A DNA stretch of 64,000 nt from Macrostomum hystrix (lineage: Eukaryota > Animalia > Platyhelminthes): NCBI GenBank assembly GCA_950097015.1, contig CATNEN010000039.1:13454001-13518000 (forward strand). Reading direction: 5' to 3'. Position numbers and translations under genes: made by a program. Shown here piece by piece: positions 13,568 to 25,029 of the stretch. Every line of letters begins with the position of its first letter. The first letter of the stretch is position 1. The notes under the pieces are model-generated. The model was not told the origin of the DNA and ran no database searches. It saw only the letters and a program-made list of their open reading frames with translations.

Positions 13568-13617
13568 TAAGAAACTAACGCAGTTGGCCGGGGTTGAAAG
13601 GACTTTTAGCTCTAGAG

Positions 13618-14448
13618 CAGGGGTCGGCAAACTCCGGCCCGCGGGCCAGATGCGGCCCTCGAAGCTCCCAAATCCGGCCCGTTGCCTCTTCTGATATCTA
13701 CAGTGTCCTGTTTCATCTCTCCCGTGTCTAATCTCTCCCGTGTCTTATCTCTCCCGTGTCTTATCTCTCCCGTGTCCTATCTCTCCCGTGTCTAATCTCT
13801 CCTGTGTCTCATCTCTCCCGTCTTATCTCTCCCGTGTCTCATCTCTCTCGTGTATCATATTTCTGTGTCTCATCGCTCTCGTGTCTAATCTCTCCCGTCT
13901 CTCATCGCTCTCGTGTCTCATCTCTCCCGTGTCTTATCTCTCCCGTGTCCTATCTCTCCCGTGTCTTATCTCTCCCGTGTCTAATCTCTCCTGTGTCTCA
14001 TCTCTCCCGTGTCTAATCTCTCCCGTGTCTCATCTCTCCCGTGTCTTATCTCTCCCGTGTCTTATCTCTCCCGTGTCTCATCTCTCCCGTGTCTAATCTC
14101 TCCCGTGTCTTATCTCTCCCGTGTCTTATCTCTCCCGTGTCTTATCTCTCCCGTGTCTAATCTCTCCTGTGTCTCATGTCTCCCGTGTCTTATCTCTCCC
14201 GTGTCTAATCTCTCCCGTGTCTTATCTCTCCCGTGTCCTATCTCTCCCCTGTCTTATCTCTCCCGTGTCTCATCTCTCTCGTGTATCATCTTTCTGTGTC
14301 TAATCTCTCCCGTGTCTAATCTCTCCCGTGTCTCATCTCTCCCGTGTCTCATCTCTCCCCTATCTCATATTTATACAGTCAATGCGGCCCACTGTCGTCT
14401 TTTAGGTTCTCTCTTTGGCCCGCCAGCAAATAAGTTTGCGTACCTCTG
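13618..14448 (+). mobile_element. hAT (Charlie-like) MITE carrying an internal 16-bp minisatellite
   Basis: TIRs CAGGGGTCGGCAAACT / AGTTTGCGTACCTCTG; subterminal GGCCCGCGGGCC; perfect 8-bp TSD CTCTAGAG; internal (TCTCTCCCGTGTCTTA)n. Confidence 0.9.
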
Positions 14449-14684
14449 CTCTAGAGTCTAGACTAAACTTACAAGTTTATGCTGCCAACTGCTACAGTAT
14501 ATGAGAAGGTAGGCCCGCTGGAAAATTGTTTACTCTAGCTTGCTCAATTTCGTGGCGCATTCACAGCACTGAAAATGAGCACTGCCAAATACTCACAAAT
14601 ACGTATGTTCACCAACTTTTAACAACATAAACTATGATAGAGTATTAGATTGAATATTAGGCATGATGGCAAATAGTTTTTGTA

Positions 14685-14775
14685 CAGCTGTTCAGTCCGT
14701 GGACTAGGGGCTGTGATTTCTTCCCTTGGCTGAGATTCGAACTTCCGACCTAGGAGTCAGAAGTACGAAGCTCTA
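14685..14775 (-). mobile_element. Truncated tRNA-derived SINE, family B
   Basis: Shares CTGTTCAGTCC(A/G)TGGACT with 40315 and 48760; B-box GTTCGAATC on the minus strand. Confidence 0.5.
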
Positions 14776-15569
14776 ACAAAGCTAAGAAATTGAAAGCATC
14801 ACTTAGTTGGACTTCACAATTTCATAGTTATGCATTTAGAAAATATTAGTCAGTTAGTAAGTTTATGTCCACATACGATACGTGCTGCATAATTACATTA
14901 TTATATGGCCTAGTCTTAAAGTCTAGACGTTAATATTGAATTACCAATGGTTTACAATTCCTGCTTCGTCTAGGTCTAGTCTGGGTATTTTAGGTCTTTG
15001 TCTAAGCTCCCAGAGTGCTCACATAGAATGACTCACAGTCGCAAGACTCAAATTTGCGGGGTTAAACGCGGTGCAAATTATTGTACGCTGTTTTATTCTC
15101 TTTTTCAGTTTAGTATGCGCACAAAAAAACAATAAAATTCCTTTGTCTGTTGCAAAATAATAAAAAAGAAGAAATCACGTGCCCTTGTCCAGAAGTTCTG
15201 CCATATTTGGCTAAAAGCAAGCGGTGAACTAAAATTTGGAAAGCAAATCCGACGCCATCATTTCCATACCCCAAGTCCGTTGTCGGTTTCCGAATTCTAA
15301 GTTTTTTACTGTTCGTTTGCCATGCAAGCAATGACAGGCTGATTTTGCACAAGACCCCAGCACTGACTAATGGTCCAGACATCGTGTCCTTATTGGGCCA
15401 AAATGGAAAAGGAAAGGAAAGGATGGATTATCTTCACACTACATGTGAAGCAGTTTTTATGGGAGGGTTTCTTACTATATGGTCTTATTGCCTATGGTCT
15501 TATCTATCGGCTGTCCCAAGTTGAGGAGGGTGTAGTGTACATTTTCAGTCAAACCTAGTGTACATTTCC

Positions 15570-15720
15570 TACCCGCCCCTAGCCGCGAAGACGTCATTTC
15601 TGCGAACCGACACCCCATACCGGCGGAACTGGCGCCATCCAGTTTAGCCCCCCCACCCCAGAGGCCCAGGCCGGCCAGCCATCTATCCCACCTCCTACTA
15701 AAAACGGCCTATATAAATGA
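15570..15720 (+). promoter_or_regulatory. Probable Pol II promoter: GC-rich patch with CCGCCC and a TATA box (TATATAAA ~15710-15717)
   Basis: TATA box ~80 bp upstream of the ATG at 15798, preceded by a GC-rich island in an AT-rich background. Confidence 0.55.
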
Positions 15721-15797
15721 TTATTTCTGATCTAACTAAATTTTCAAATCTTCTGAATCGCCGACCTACCTTCCAGTTGAACCTCACAGCACAAAAC

Positions 15798-16794
15798 ATG
15801 GGCCTACCAACGCTTGCCTTGGCTCTATGCCTTGTCCTGGCCGCCACTGTCTACTGTCCAACAGTTGAGGCTATGCCCCAGTCGCCTTCCGATACTGGCC
15901 TGCTCCCAGTTGGCAATCAGCGCGAAGTCGGAGAGTGAGTTATAATCTTACAATAAAAACGGAACTGACTCATTGACATTGACATTGTGAATATTAAGAT
16001 AACCATGCTAATATTAATAAGTATAGAAATAACTAGATCAAGGTGCAGTTTAAGGTAATGTTCCTATTTAATAAAGCCTAGAGTTCAAATTCATTATAAA
16101 CGAACTCACAATCCTTTGAGAGTTCGAATGTTAATCGCAAGTCTAATTTCTGTATGACTATGAGTCACCATCACATCACTTCTGGGTTACTTTCTTAATA
16201 ATGTGCCTGTCCGCCAGCTTTTCGTGGGTTCTTTAGACCAAGACCTCGATGTCCTATTCATACTGTATCGACTTAATCAGTAATCGATCTAGTTTAGGCC
16301 TAATTAGCAGAATTGAACTCAACCGTAATTACGATTACATTGTTCTCTAAATATTGTGACTTGTCTACTCTTAGTAGTGTAGTTGTATATCAAACTCCAC
16401 AAATTGTATTCAGATTCGGATTGTCAATTTTCATTTCACTTGAGTTTATTTCACTTGACTCGACAGACGGCGCCAGCAGTCGGGCGGTGGCGATGTCCAG
16501 ACGCAGACTGGCGACGGCGCAGCTGCTGGCGAGCGTCGTCGCGGCGGTCGAAAGGGCGGCCGACGCAATCGTCCGGGCAAGAAACGCGACGGGGCCGGCA
16601 AGCGCAATCGGTGCCGCACGCCCGAGTGCAAACGAGAGCGTCGTCTGCGTCGCAAACAGCGTCGGGAGCAGCGCAAACAGCGAAAGAATGGTCGCGGCGG
16701 CAAAGGCGGTAAAGGGCGTCGCAAGGATCGCAAGCAGCAGCAGCAGCAGGGTGGCGCGGCAGCTGCGGCTCCTCAGATTGAGGCGCGGAACTAA
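15798..16794 (+). CDS. Secreted, highly basic Arg/Lys/Gly-rich protein, 154 aa, 2 exons
   Basis: Exon 1 15798-15934 encodes signal peptide MGLPTLALALCLVLAATVYCPTVEA and ends GA|GTGAGT (phase 2). Exon 2 16467-16794 follows CGACAG|. The splice gives ...REVGERRQQSGGGDVQTQTGDGAAAGERRRGGRKGGRRNRPGKKRDGAGKRNRCRTPECKRERRLRRKQRREQRKQRKNGRGGKGGKGRRKDRKQQQQQGGAAAAPQIEARN*. Confidence 0.8.
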
Positions 16795-17534
16795 ATTCAA
16801 TGCAACCTATGCAACCTAGGAATCTCTCGACGAGGTTTCAATATTGCAGATCATGTACAGAGTAGCGAATACAGACTATTGACCTTGAATAACTGATTCA
16901 AGTCTGGCATTAAACACAAAGTAGGCTGTATGTGTGTGCCTAACTTTAACTGTCCCTGACTTTTAACCTTGATTAAAAGAAATTTTTTTTTCAATTGATA
17001 TTGGCGCTAATTTTTCTTATAAGCCTACTACTATTAAGTAGTCGTTTTGATGTCAAATTGTCAAGTCTGGTATCTACAATGCACTCATACTATAGACACA
17101 AGCTCACTTGTATTATCGTACTAGTCTGCGAGTAGCTACCGCGGTTTACAGTATAAATTTCGACACAAATAATTTCATACATTTTTTTCTGCTTGCTAAA
17201 ATGGGTAATAAATATAAACTAAGCTTTCTTACCTTTGAGTTTCAGTGATTGCAATTCTAAGAAAGTGTAAAGCTCTACTTTTTCAGCAGTTTTTTGCATC
17301 ATTACCACTGATACATGTAGATAAGATTATGTTATGAGATGAGATCATAACACTTGTGAGATTAAACTATGAGATTCTAATATAACATTTGCAGCACATT
17401 TTACACGAACCACTGCGTTCACGTGTACACAATGCGTTTCTGCGAACATGCCAATGCATGTAAACAGATCTAGATAGTCATTGTTCATATACTAATCTAC
17501 TGCAAGTAGCAAGGTTGTGTGTTCGAGTATATGT

Positions 17535-17684
17535 CTCTCAGGGTCTCTCGATCAGATGTGTAGTGTCCACTGCCAACCCGCTTGAGCTGTGTGATGTAAG
17601 CGGTGATCTTGGCGATCGCCTCCACCTGCTCTTTGAGGAACTCGCCCTCGAGGAAGTCGGTCAGCTGGGCTTCTTCGCTCGCCT
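17535..17684 (-). pseudogene. Ferritin C-terminal fragment (helices D-E)
   Basis: Minus-strand frame [48 protein letters not shown] matches the ferritin signature D-x-x-L-x-DFLE-x-x-x-L-x-EQV-x-AI...ITxLKRVG; preceded by TTTTTAG; no ferritin 5' part in the window. Confidence 0.8.
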
Positions 17685-17730
17685 CTAAAAACTCTCAAAA
17701 CAAAACTCATCTCAAAACTACGCACTTTAA

Positions 17731-18108
17731 CCGACGCCTTGTAGGAGGTGCCGAATCGAGCGAACGCGTATCCGGGTGGACACAGGCTACCCGCCGACAC
17801 ACCGGCCACAGATCTCACATACACGGTCACCTTGTTGGTGCAGTTGACCTCCGACTGCACTCGGTGTGGCTGCACCGATCGAACAGGAACAGCTTGCAGA
17901 GACATGCGCCTCCGGGCAGTGTGAAGGCCATGCACTTCGGTGTGTCGGCGCACTTGAGGCTGCAGGACAGCGGATCGCATGAGCCCGACACGAGCTTCGT
18001 GAAGTCGGCGCTCACGCAGTCAGCACCAACGACTTCATGGAATGTCACTTCCGTAGCGACTCCGGACAGAATTAGAAACTGACACAATGACAGATAGCCG
18101 ATTGCCAA
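17731..18108 (-). pseudogene. Truncated, frameshifted copy of the secreted lectin family (N-terminal half only)
   Basis: Near-identical to the intact copies from GADCVSADFTK to GTSYKAS; 2-bp insertion at ~17865 (TCGGTGTGGC vs TCGGTGGC); different N-terminal hydrophobic segment; homology stops before the lectin core. Confidence 0.85.
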
Positions 18109-19099
18109 GTTGATTGCGACTATGAAACGTAACGATTTAGCATTTATACTTATACTATTGTTAACAAATTTTCTTCAAGTTGGGCATGCAAAGATCGTAA
18201 GTTAGATTTTCGTCTGGACTTAACGTTTTTTTACTGTTACTTTTTGTATCGCGCTACGGTGTGGGTGGTCGGGCTTACTAAAACGACTGAATTCATGCTT
18301 TGCATTTCTGAAGTGAAAGCTACGGAATCTGGCTTGCTGGTATAGAATAGGGCATTGAAACGGGTTACTTTATACATTATTTCATTTCTGGAAACAATGA
18401 TAGTTCCGTTCGCGAGCAAACTTTGTCTCTTTTCAAAGCTTCCATGAAGCCGGATGCATTGGGTTGCAACAAAAATTGTGCTTTTCTACGAGCGTATCTG
18501 ATACTAATTCAACGTGTCTAGAGAATTATGCTATTTTTGCGAGAAAAAGGTTTTCTTTGCTAAATTCTTCGCCTAGGATACTTCTGTGACTGTTTTAAAA
18601 AACAGCAGTCACTAAATGCAGTAAATATATTTCTTCCGTCCGTCCTCCCGTCCCATCTTATTTAAACAGAAACCTCAAGAAATTGATGGTAGTTGTATTC
18701 TTTCATCTTTGACAATAGGAACACCATTACATGTACTTTAAACATTATTAGAGGGGACTCTACAGAAGAAACGCAGTTTGAGTCTGCTAATGCTCGTAAT
18801 GCAGTCCAAATCACTCGGTGTGAGGCTGGACCCGGCTGACCTGCTGGGACAGAAGTATAATATTGTCATCTTTGTACTGGCTAGTTCACGTCTGTCATAG
18901 CATTCTCGCTAGCCCGGTCGAAGTGGTCAGTGAGAATGACTATGATTTTTATTTGTTAAGTAATGCACATTGTAAGCAAAAGTCAATGTTAATGATCATA
19001 GAGAGAGCTTTGAGATTAAAGCGAGGGTGGGAAGTTCAAAGCCCATTTCCCCATTTACTCATGTACCTTTCCGCCGCGACGTCCAGCCGCCACCGAAGC

Positions 19100-19420
19100 A
19101 GTTTTCGAAAACTCTCTATTTCGAAAAGTTTCAATGGGGTTGAGAGAGCATCGAAGATAAGCAATGGATCCGGGAGATACTGCGACCTAATAACCCCAGA
19201 ATATAACTGAGTGACCTACCTACTGATCCAGCAGGAGATCAGCCTTAAATAGAGGGAGTATTTAAGCCATTCTGAATGACCACCTTGGAGTGTGTAAGCC
19301 AGCGCCAGGTGGCCAGATGCCGATTTATGTTGCAGAAAATCTGATTTGGGACGAGCCACATTATCTGGGACATCGTCAGAGGAGATGAGGCCTGTACATT
19401 TATCTATGACTCCGATTAAG
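19100..19420 (+). mobile_element. Degenerate mariner transposase fragment
   Basis: Motif remnants across stops and frameshifts: KFQWG*ESIEDK (HTH, GRESIED..RSGR), AILNDHLGVCK..SARW (linker before WVP), WDIVRGDE...IYD (IVTGDETW..YD). Confidence 0.65.
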
Positions 19421-20064
19421 CAGGCACAAGTCAGTTTGCTTTAAGGACAAGGACAGCCCTACCAAATCTCGTTGTCGTCGGCAATCTGTAAACCACTAAA
19501 TGTACATACAAACTTACGGAGCGTACAGTCGAGATCTTTCACTATTACTCACCCGCCTGAAGATTCTGAGGGGTCAGGAGGCGCTTACTATTCCAGAAGA
19601 AACTGTAAAAGAGTCAGTTTACACGTTACGGGATGTTTCTAGTGTTGTTTATACTCAAGCATGCAAGCCTGCATCAGTGCTATGGTTCTGGCCTGTATCA
19701 GAGCAATTTTTTTGCTTTCTTAGCTGACATTCTGCGATTTTCTGGGTCATCCTAAAACTTTCTGAGTTAATTTACACTCGCTTTTCGTGGGCGAAAGCAC
19801 GACGAAACTTAACGATAATCAGGCCCAGACTTTTCAGCTGAGAAGCGGACAAGACCAGTTAAGATGAGCCTAGAAAAAATAGAATGAGAATAAAAACTAA
19901 ATTTCAGCTTTATTTGAAAATTTGAAGATTTTTTAGTTTGCTTTTCTTTTATAATCCGGATAAGAGTGGCTATTTAACGATAATCATAAAATTAATATTT
20001 AGAAGTGCAAGATCGTACTCTTGATCCTTTCGGATATATTATTGGGCGATTATACGAAAACGAC

Positions 20065-20832
20065 TCAAAACACACTTAGACACTCGCAAAGATATTTGAA
20101 ACTATATCCACATTCAACATCGTCGATGCCCGTCTTGTGCGGATAAGCCACATTCGCGCAGCCCTGATTGGGCAGTCCACTGTTCGGCCTGTCCGGCTCC
20201 CAGACGTCAGTGCGGATGCTCGCGTTGCAAGCGTCCCAGATCCAGCCCTCCGTCTTGCTCGGCGACCCCGGGATCTGGTGGCCACCGAGGAACAGGCTCA
20301 CGACTGGTGCATTGGACACGTTCTTGATCCACATCAGATGGCGCGACTCATCGATGTCCAGAGCGTCAGCGAACTTTGTCAGTCCGGCCTCCTGACTGCA
20401 CTTGTCGAGGGCGTCGGTCCAGTTGAGAGCAGGCGAGGCCGACGCCTTGTAGGAGGTGCCGAATCGAGCGAATGCGTATTCGGGTGGACACAGGCTACCC
20501 GCCGACACACCGGCCACAGATCTCAAATATACGGTCACCTTGTTGGTGCAGTTGACCTCTGACTGCACTCGGTGGCTGCACCGATCGAACAGGAACAGCT
20601 TGCAGAGACATGCGCCTCCGGGCAGTGTGAAGGCCATGCACTTCGGTGTGTCGGCGCACTTGAGGCTGCAGGACAGCGGATCGCATGAGCCCGACATGAG
20701 CTTCGTGAAGTCGGCGCTCACGCAGTCAGCGCCAAGGATTTCAGTAAATGATGATCTTGGAGATGAACAGATGGTCGCAGCTGCGGCACTTAGGCAAAGC
20801 ACCAGAAAGCATTGAATAAGTCGCTTGTACAT
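20065..20832 (-). CDS. Secreted protein, copy 1: signal peptide + Cys-rich PAN/apple-like module + C-type lectin domain, 255 aa, uninterrupted CDS
   Basis: Signal MYKRLIQCFLVLCLSAAAA; CSLKCADTPKCMAFT...CLC; CTLD CPPEYAF...SYK...LNWTDALDKC...LFLGG...WIW...WEPDRPN...CANV...IDDVEC...KYLCE. Confidence 0.85.
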   Translation of the reverse strand: MYKRLIQCFLVLCLSAAAATICSSPRSSFTEILGADCVSADFTKLMSGSCDPLSCSLKCADTPKCMAFTLPGGACLCKLFLFDRCSHRVQSEVNCTNKVTVYLRSVAGVSAGSLCPPEYAFARFGTSYKASASPALNWTDALDKCSQEAGLTKFADALDIDESRHLMWIKNVSNAPVVSLFLGGHQIPGSPSKTEGWIWDACNASIRTDVWEPDRPNSGLPNQGCANVAYPHKTGIDDVECGYSFKYLCECLSVF

Positions 20833-21619
20833 CAGTCTGGATGAGAGCTCGGTAATTCTGAAAGGAGTTTTAGTAAATCGATGGTCAGTAGAAGCTTGGA
20901 TTTATTTGGGGCCTTTTCTCATTCAAAAAATGTATTCCGGAAGTCATTCCGAACCTGTAGATTTATATAGTCATGGAAATATAAGAATTGGAGACTGGGC
21001 AGAATGCACACTATCACTTCTGCAAGTGCTCTGGCTTTGGTTTTAACATTCCTGCAGCTCCAGCTTTGTTATATGTACTGATAGATTTGTAGCTTGCATT
21101 TACCCAGCTGCATCCAAAGCCACGATTATATTTTTCATTGCTCTAGGTAAGCATGTGTCACATCGATAGTTGACAGTGAAATGTTTAAACAAAAAACACG
21201 GATCTATCACATGTATGCGAGTAGCCAAGGCAAAAAATCGCTGCTGTGGGAGCAATACCAGCAGAACAAGTTTACCTCCCAGCGAGCGCGGAAAAGTTTA
21301 TATACAAAACCTGGATGCGACGCGTCAATAAGCCAAGGTTTTATCGATTGTATTATTTTACCTCTAGCCCACCATCCTCATGCAAACCCACACGCATAGC
21401 AAAAAAAGAGTAAAAAGGATATATTTGAGCGGGATCGCTCAAAAAAGCATGAGAAAGATATAAATGGAGTGTTAATGCAGTTTTTGTTCACAATTCTCAC
21501 AACCTGGGGCGGTTGCTAAGAGAGGGGGAGCATCAGTCACAACTAAAAAGTGCCATCACGAATCTTCTGACGACGGAGCGCGCGGCGGTCGCTGGCAGAC
21601 TAATCGGACGTGCTGTCAA

Positions 21620-22790
21620 AACGGTGGGCTGTTCGATGGGTTCAAGGGTAACGAGGTGGGCAACGGGCATGCAGACATGACTCCCGGATGCAGTACGATT
21701 TAGCGACGTAGGGGATGATGTCGGTTGGTTTCGGGCGCATTTAGAGAATGCGACACAGCTGCCACGTCGCTCAGGGCGTTGATTGGCGAGAAGGCAGACC
21801 TGTTTGTGCTGGAACAACCGGCTTGCTGGCGTTCGCAACTGCGTTCTTGAATCCACTTGAGGAACTCCGTGGATGTTCCTCAGGTACTCTTAAATCCATC
21901 GGTCCCAGAACTCGTTGAGGCGGTGGAGACTTCGGTCAGCACCGGTGTGAAGCTTCTTCTGGAAAGCCATGGCGACGTAAGTCTCTACGAACTTGTCGTC
22001 GGCTAGGAGAGCGGTGGCGTGGTCGAAGGAGACAGCGCACTTGGTGCGACCACGACGGTACCAGAAGGGCTCGAATGCATGAAGTACGGCGTCGGCAGTG
22101 TAGTAAGAGTATAATCGTAGAGGATCCCGATATGATGAGCAGACCCAGCGCTTGATGGAGACCCAAGGCTTGTGACCATTAGGTGAAGATAGGCCCGAGT
22201 TGATCGACAAGAATTAAGCCAGCTTCGGCATTGGGCAGTTAAGCAAATGTATGCGGCGCGCGAGTTGAGTCCTTGGCGAGGCGGCACTAGATGCAGTCGG
22301 AGAGGGTAAGAGAAATGGTTCGGAGGCCCTTGGACACCCAGCGTTTGTCGCGGAAAATGGCGAGAGCGGTGGAGGCACCTGCAGCGTGGCTGTTTTTGTG
22401 AAGAATGTACAGGGTGAGCAAACGGGTGCTTGGATGCCTCGTCCATGGAAGCGTTGGCAAAGCGGCTGCCGAGGCGGATGAAACCGTCGCAGATATGGAG
22501 GTCAAGCTGGGCGATGATTTTCGCAGACTTGGACCAACCGGACTCCAGGTCTCGGATGGCGGCACCATAGGAATATGCCTGGGCCGGTCGGACGTAGAGC
22601 AGTTAGGTTATCTGACGCTTGGCGTGAGAAGCGGCAAGTCCTACGAGAATGGTCGGCGCTTGATGAAGGAGGAGGTTGCAGGCCGGGAGTTCCTGGCCGG
22701 GACATCGTCCAGAAAACAAGGATCGGGCGCCGTAGTCAGCTCTTGAATTTGGCCAACGTCTTGTCAAAGATGGAAGGGTCGATTTCCGGT
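21620..22790 (-). mobile_element. Decayed BEL/Pao LTR-retrotransposon pol fragment (integrase region)
   Basis: Ordered motifs on the minus strand: AQLDLHICDGFIRLGSRFANASMDEASKHP; HHCC-like HKNSHAAGASTALAIFRDKRWVSKGLRTISLTLSDCI*C; TADAVLHAFEPFWYRRGRTKCAVSFDHAT; LNEFWDRWI*EYL; RTASGSHVCMPVAHLVTLE. Multiple stops and frameshifts. Confidence 0.8.
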
Positions 22791-23469
22791 ATTTTTCTCA
22801 CGCCTCAGCGCCCCGTAACTAATTCTCCTAAGAATTGCTCCGTTTTTTATTCTATTGGGGAGAATTCTTGGTCGGTGTTAAAACTGTGTGATTACTTAAT
22901 TATGGTAAGTGGTCTGACGAAGTTTGGCTGCGGCAAGTTGGAATTCGCTTCACTACTTGTCTTCTCTGTTCGCGTTTGATAATTAAGCTGTCCGGATCGT
23001 ACAATCGCTTTGACACAAGACTTTCTCCACTTTTTGTTTCATTCGTCTGTTGCGCCCAAGACCGCATGACCCACCCACGTGGCACCTCGTGCCGGTGGAG
23101 AGCCATCGCAATACACAGGGAACAGAAATCTCGTCGTCTTCGTAATGAGTCGACAGGGCTTGACTTGACAACTACTTCTATATCTAGAAGAACTAACAAA
23201 GACGATGGCGGTTACGGTTTCTTTGTTTACAACAGTTTACTGAAAACAAAGGCTTTCATGCATAAAAAATCTAAGATTTGACCTAGGCGACGAACTACAG
23301 CATACAAGCTTAATGTATGCTACCTGTGATCAACAGAAGGTACAGCTTCATTTGACAAAAGGCGATAGTAAATTGGGCAAAAAATATTTGCAAGGGTTAT
23401 CGAAAAATAAAATAAAATTTGATTTATTTCATATCCTCGCCAAATATAATTGCTTTCAACAGCTCTGTC

Positions 23470-24237
23470 TCAAAACACGTTCAGACACTCGCATATGTAC
23501 TTGAGGCTATTTCCGCAAATAAAATCGTCGACGCCCGTCTTGTGTGAGGCAGCCACATTTGCACAGCCCTCACTGGGTAGTCCATTGTTCGGCCTGCCCG
23601 GTTCCCAGACGTCAGTGCGGATGCTCACGTTGCAAGCGTCCCAGATCCAGCCCTCCGTCTTGCTCGGCGACCCCGGGATCTGGTGGCCACCGAGGAACAG
23701 GCTCACGACTGGTGCATTGGACACGTTCTTGATCCACATCAGATGGCGTGACTCATCGATGTCCAGAGCGTCAGCGAACTTTGTCAGTCCGGCCTCCTGA
23801 CTGCACTTGGCGAGGGCGTCGGTCCAGTTGAGAGCAGGCGAGGACGACACCTTGTAGGAGGTGCCGAATCGAGCGAACGCGTATCCGGGTGGACACAGGC
23901 TACCCGCCGACACACCGGCCACAGATCTCACATACACGGCCACCTTGTTGGTGCAGTTGACCTCCGACTGCACTCGGTGGCTGCACCGATCGAACAGGAA
24001 CAGCTTGCAGAGACATGCGCCTCCGGGCAGTGTGAAGGCCATGCACTTCGGTGTGTCGGCGCACTTGAGGCTGCAGGACAGCGGATCGCATGAGCCCGAC
24101 ATGAGCTTCGTGAAGTCGGCGCTCACGCAGTCAGCGCCAAGGATTTCAGTAAATGATGATCTTGGAGATGTACAGATGGTCGCAGCTGCGGCACTTAGGC
24201 AAAGCACCAGAAAGCATTGAATAAGTCGCTTGTACAT
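23470..24237 (-). CDS. Secreted PAN-like/C-type lectin, copy 2, 255 aa
   Basis: Same architecture as 20065-20832; intact KYICEC terminus. Confidence 0.85.
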   Translation of the reverse strand: MYKRLIQCFLVLCLSAAAATICTSPRSSFTEILGADCVSADFTKLMSGSCDPLSCSLKCADTPKCMAFTLPGGACLCKLFLFDRCSHRVQSEVNCTNKVAVYVRSVAGVSAGSLCPPGYAFARFGTSYKVSSSPALNWTDALAKCSQEAGLTKFADALDIDESRHLMWIKNVSNAPVVSLFLGGHQIPGSPSKTEGWIWDACNVSIRTDVWEPGRPNNGLPSEGCANVAASHKTGVDDFICGNSLKYICECLNVF

Positions 24238-25029
24238 CAGTTTTGATAAGAGCTTGGTAAACCTGAAAGGTGCGTTCAGTGGCAGCAGAGGTCGATGGTC
24301 AGTAGTGGCTTGGATTTCAAGTTGGCCTTAATTCTTTTAAACGAATTTAAATAAACGTCCAGAAACCAAGCCGAACCATGTTCGATGCGGTTTTTGCCTG
24401 TACCTACCTTGGTATCAATATAGCCATGGACATATAAATCATAAGGGACTCCAGAGAATGGACACTATGACTTCTTTAAGCGCTCTGGCTTTGGTTTTTT
24501 AACAAAACAACGGCTTTTCTGCTTTAGTAGATGTTTATACTTGTTGCCTGCATTTGTCAAGCATCCAAGTTTCTGCTTTCAAGGCTCTTGGCAAACACTA
24601 GTAACATCTATTATTTAGTACTTCTCAAAGGCATTCAGAGTGAGGGCAGTGAAGACATTTCAAGAACCGTTTCTGTATGCCGAGAGCATTTTAACGACTG
24701 TGGTGACATTGTTTGCAGAAGTCGTTTCCTATTCTATTGTTGCAGTATCTATAGCCTCTTTTTCTGAAGTAACTGCTGGAGCTAAACATGAACGCAACCA
24801 TTTTGGACGGCTCGACAACAACTACAACTCAAAACTAAGAATGAAACTACAGCACACAAGCCACATATATAATACTTGCGATCAACAGAAGGTACTAAAG
24901 TAGAAAAGTGAATATTGCAAAGAAGATTTGTAATTCATCGAAAACGAAACAAAAACACTTTGTGCTTAAATATTGTCGCAAAATATATGCTTGCTTTCAA
25001 CAGCTCTGTCTCAAAACACGCTCAGACAC

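Noticed and set aside
16313-16819. ORF-track proteins 16313-16819 (+), 16383-16712 (+) and hydrophobic 16390-16800 (-)
   Set aside because: Shadow frames of the GC-rich exon 2; only the third forward frame is phase-compatible with the signal-peptide exon.
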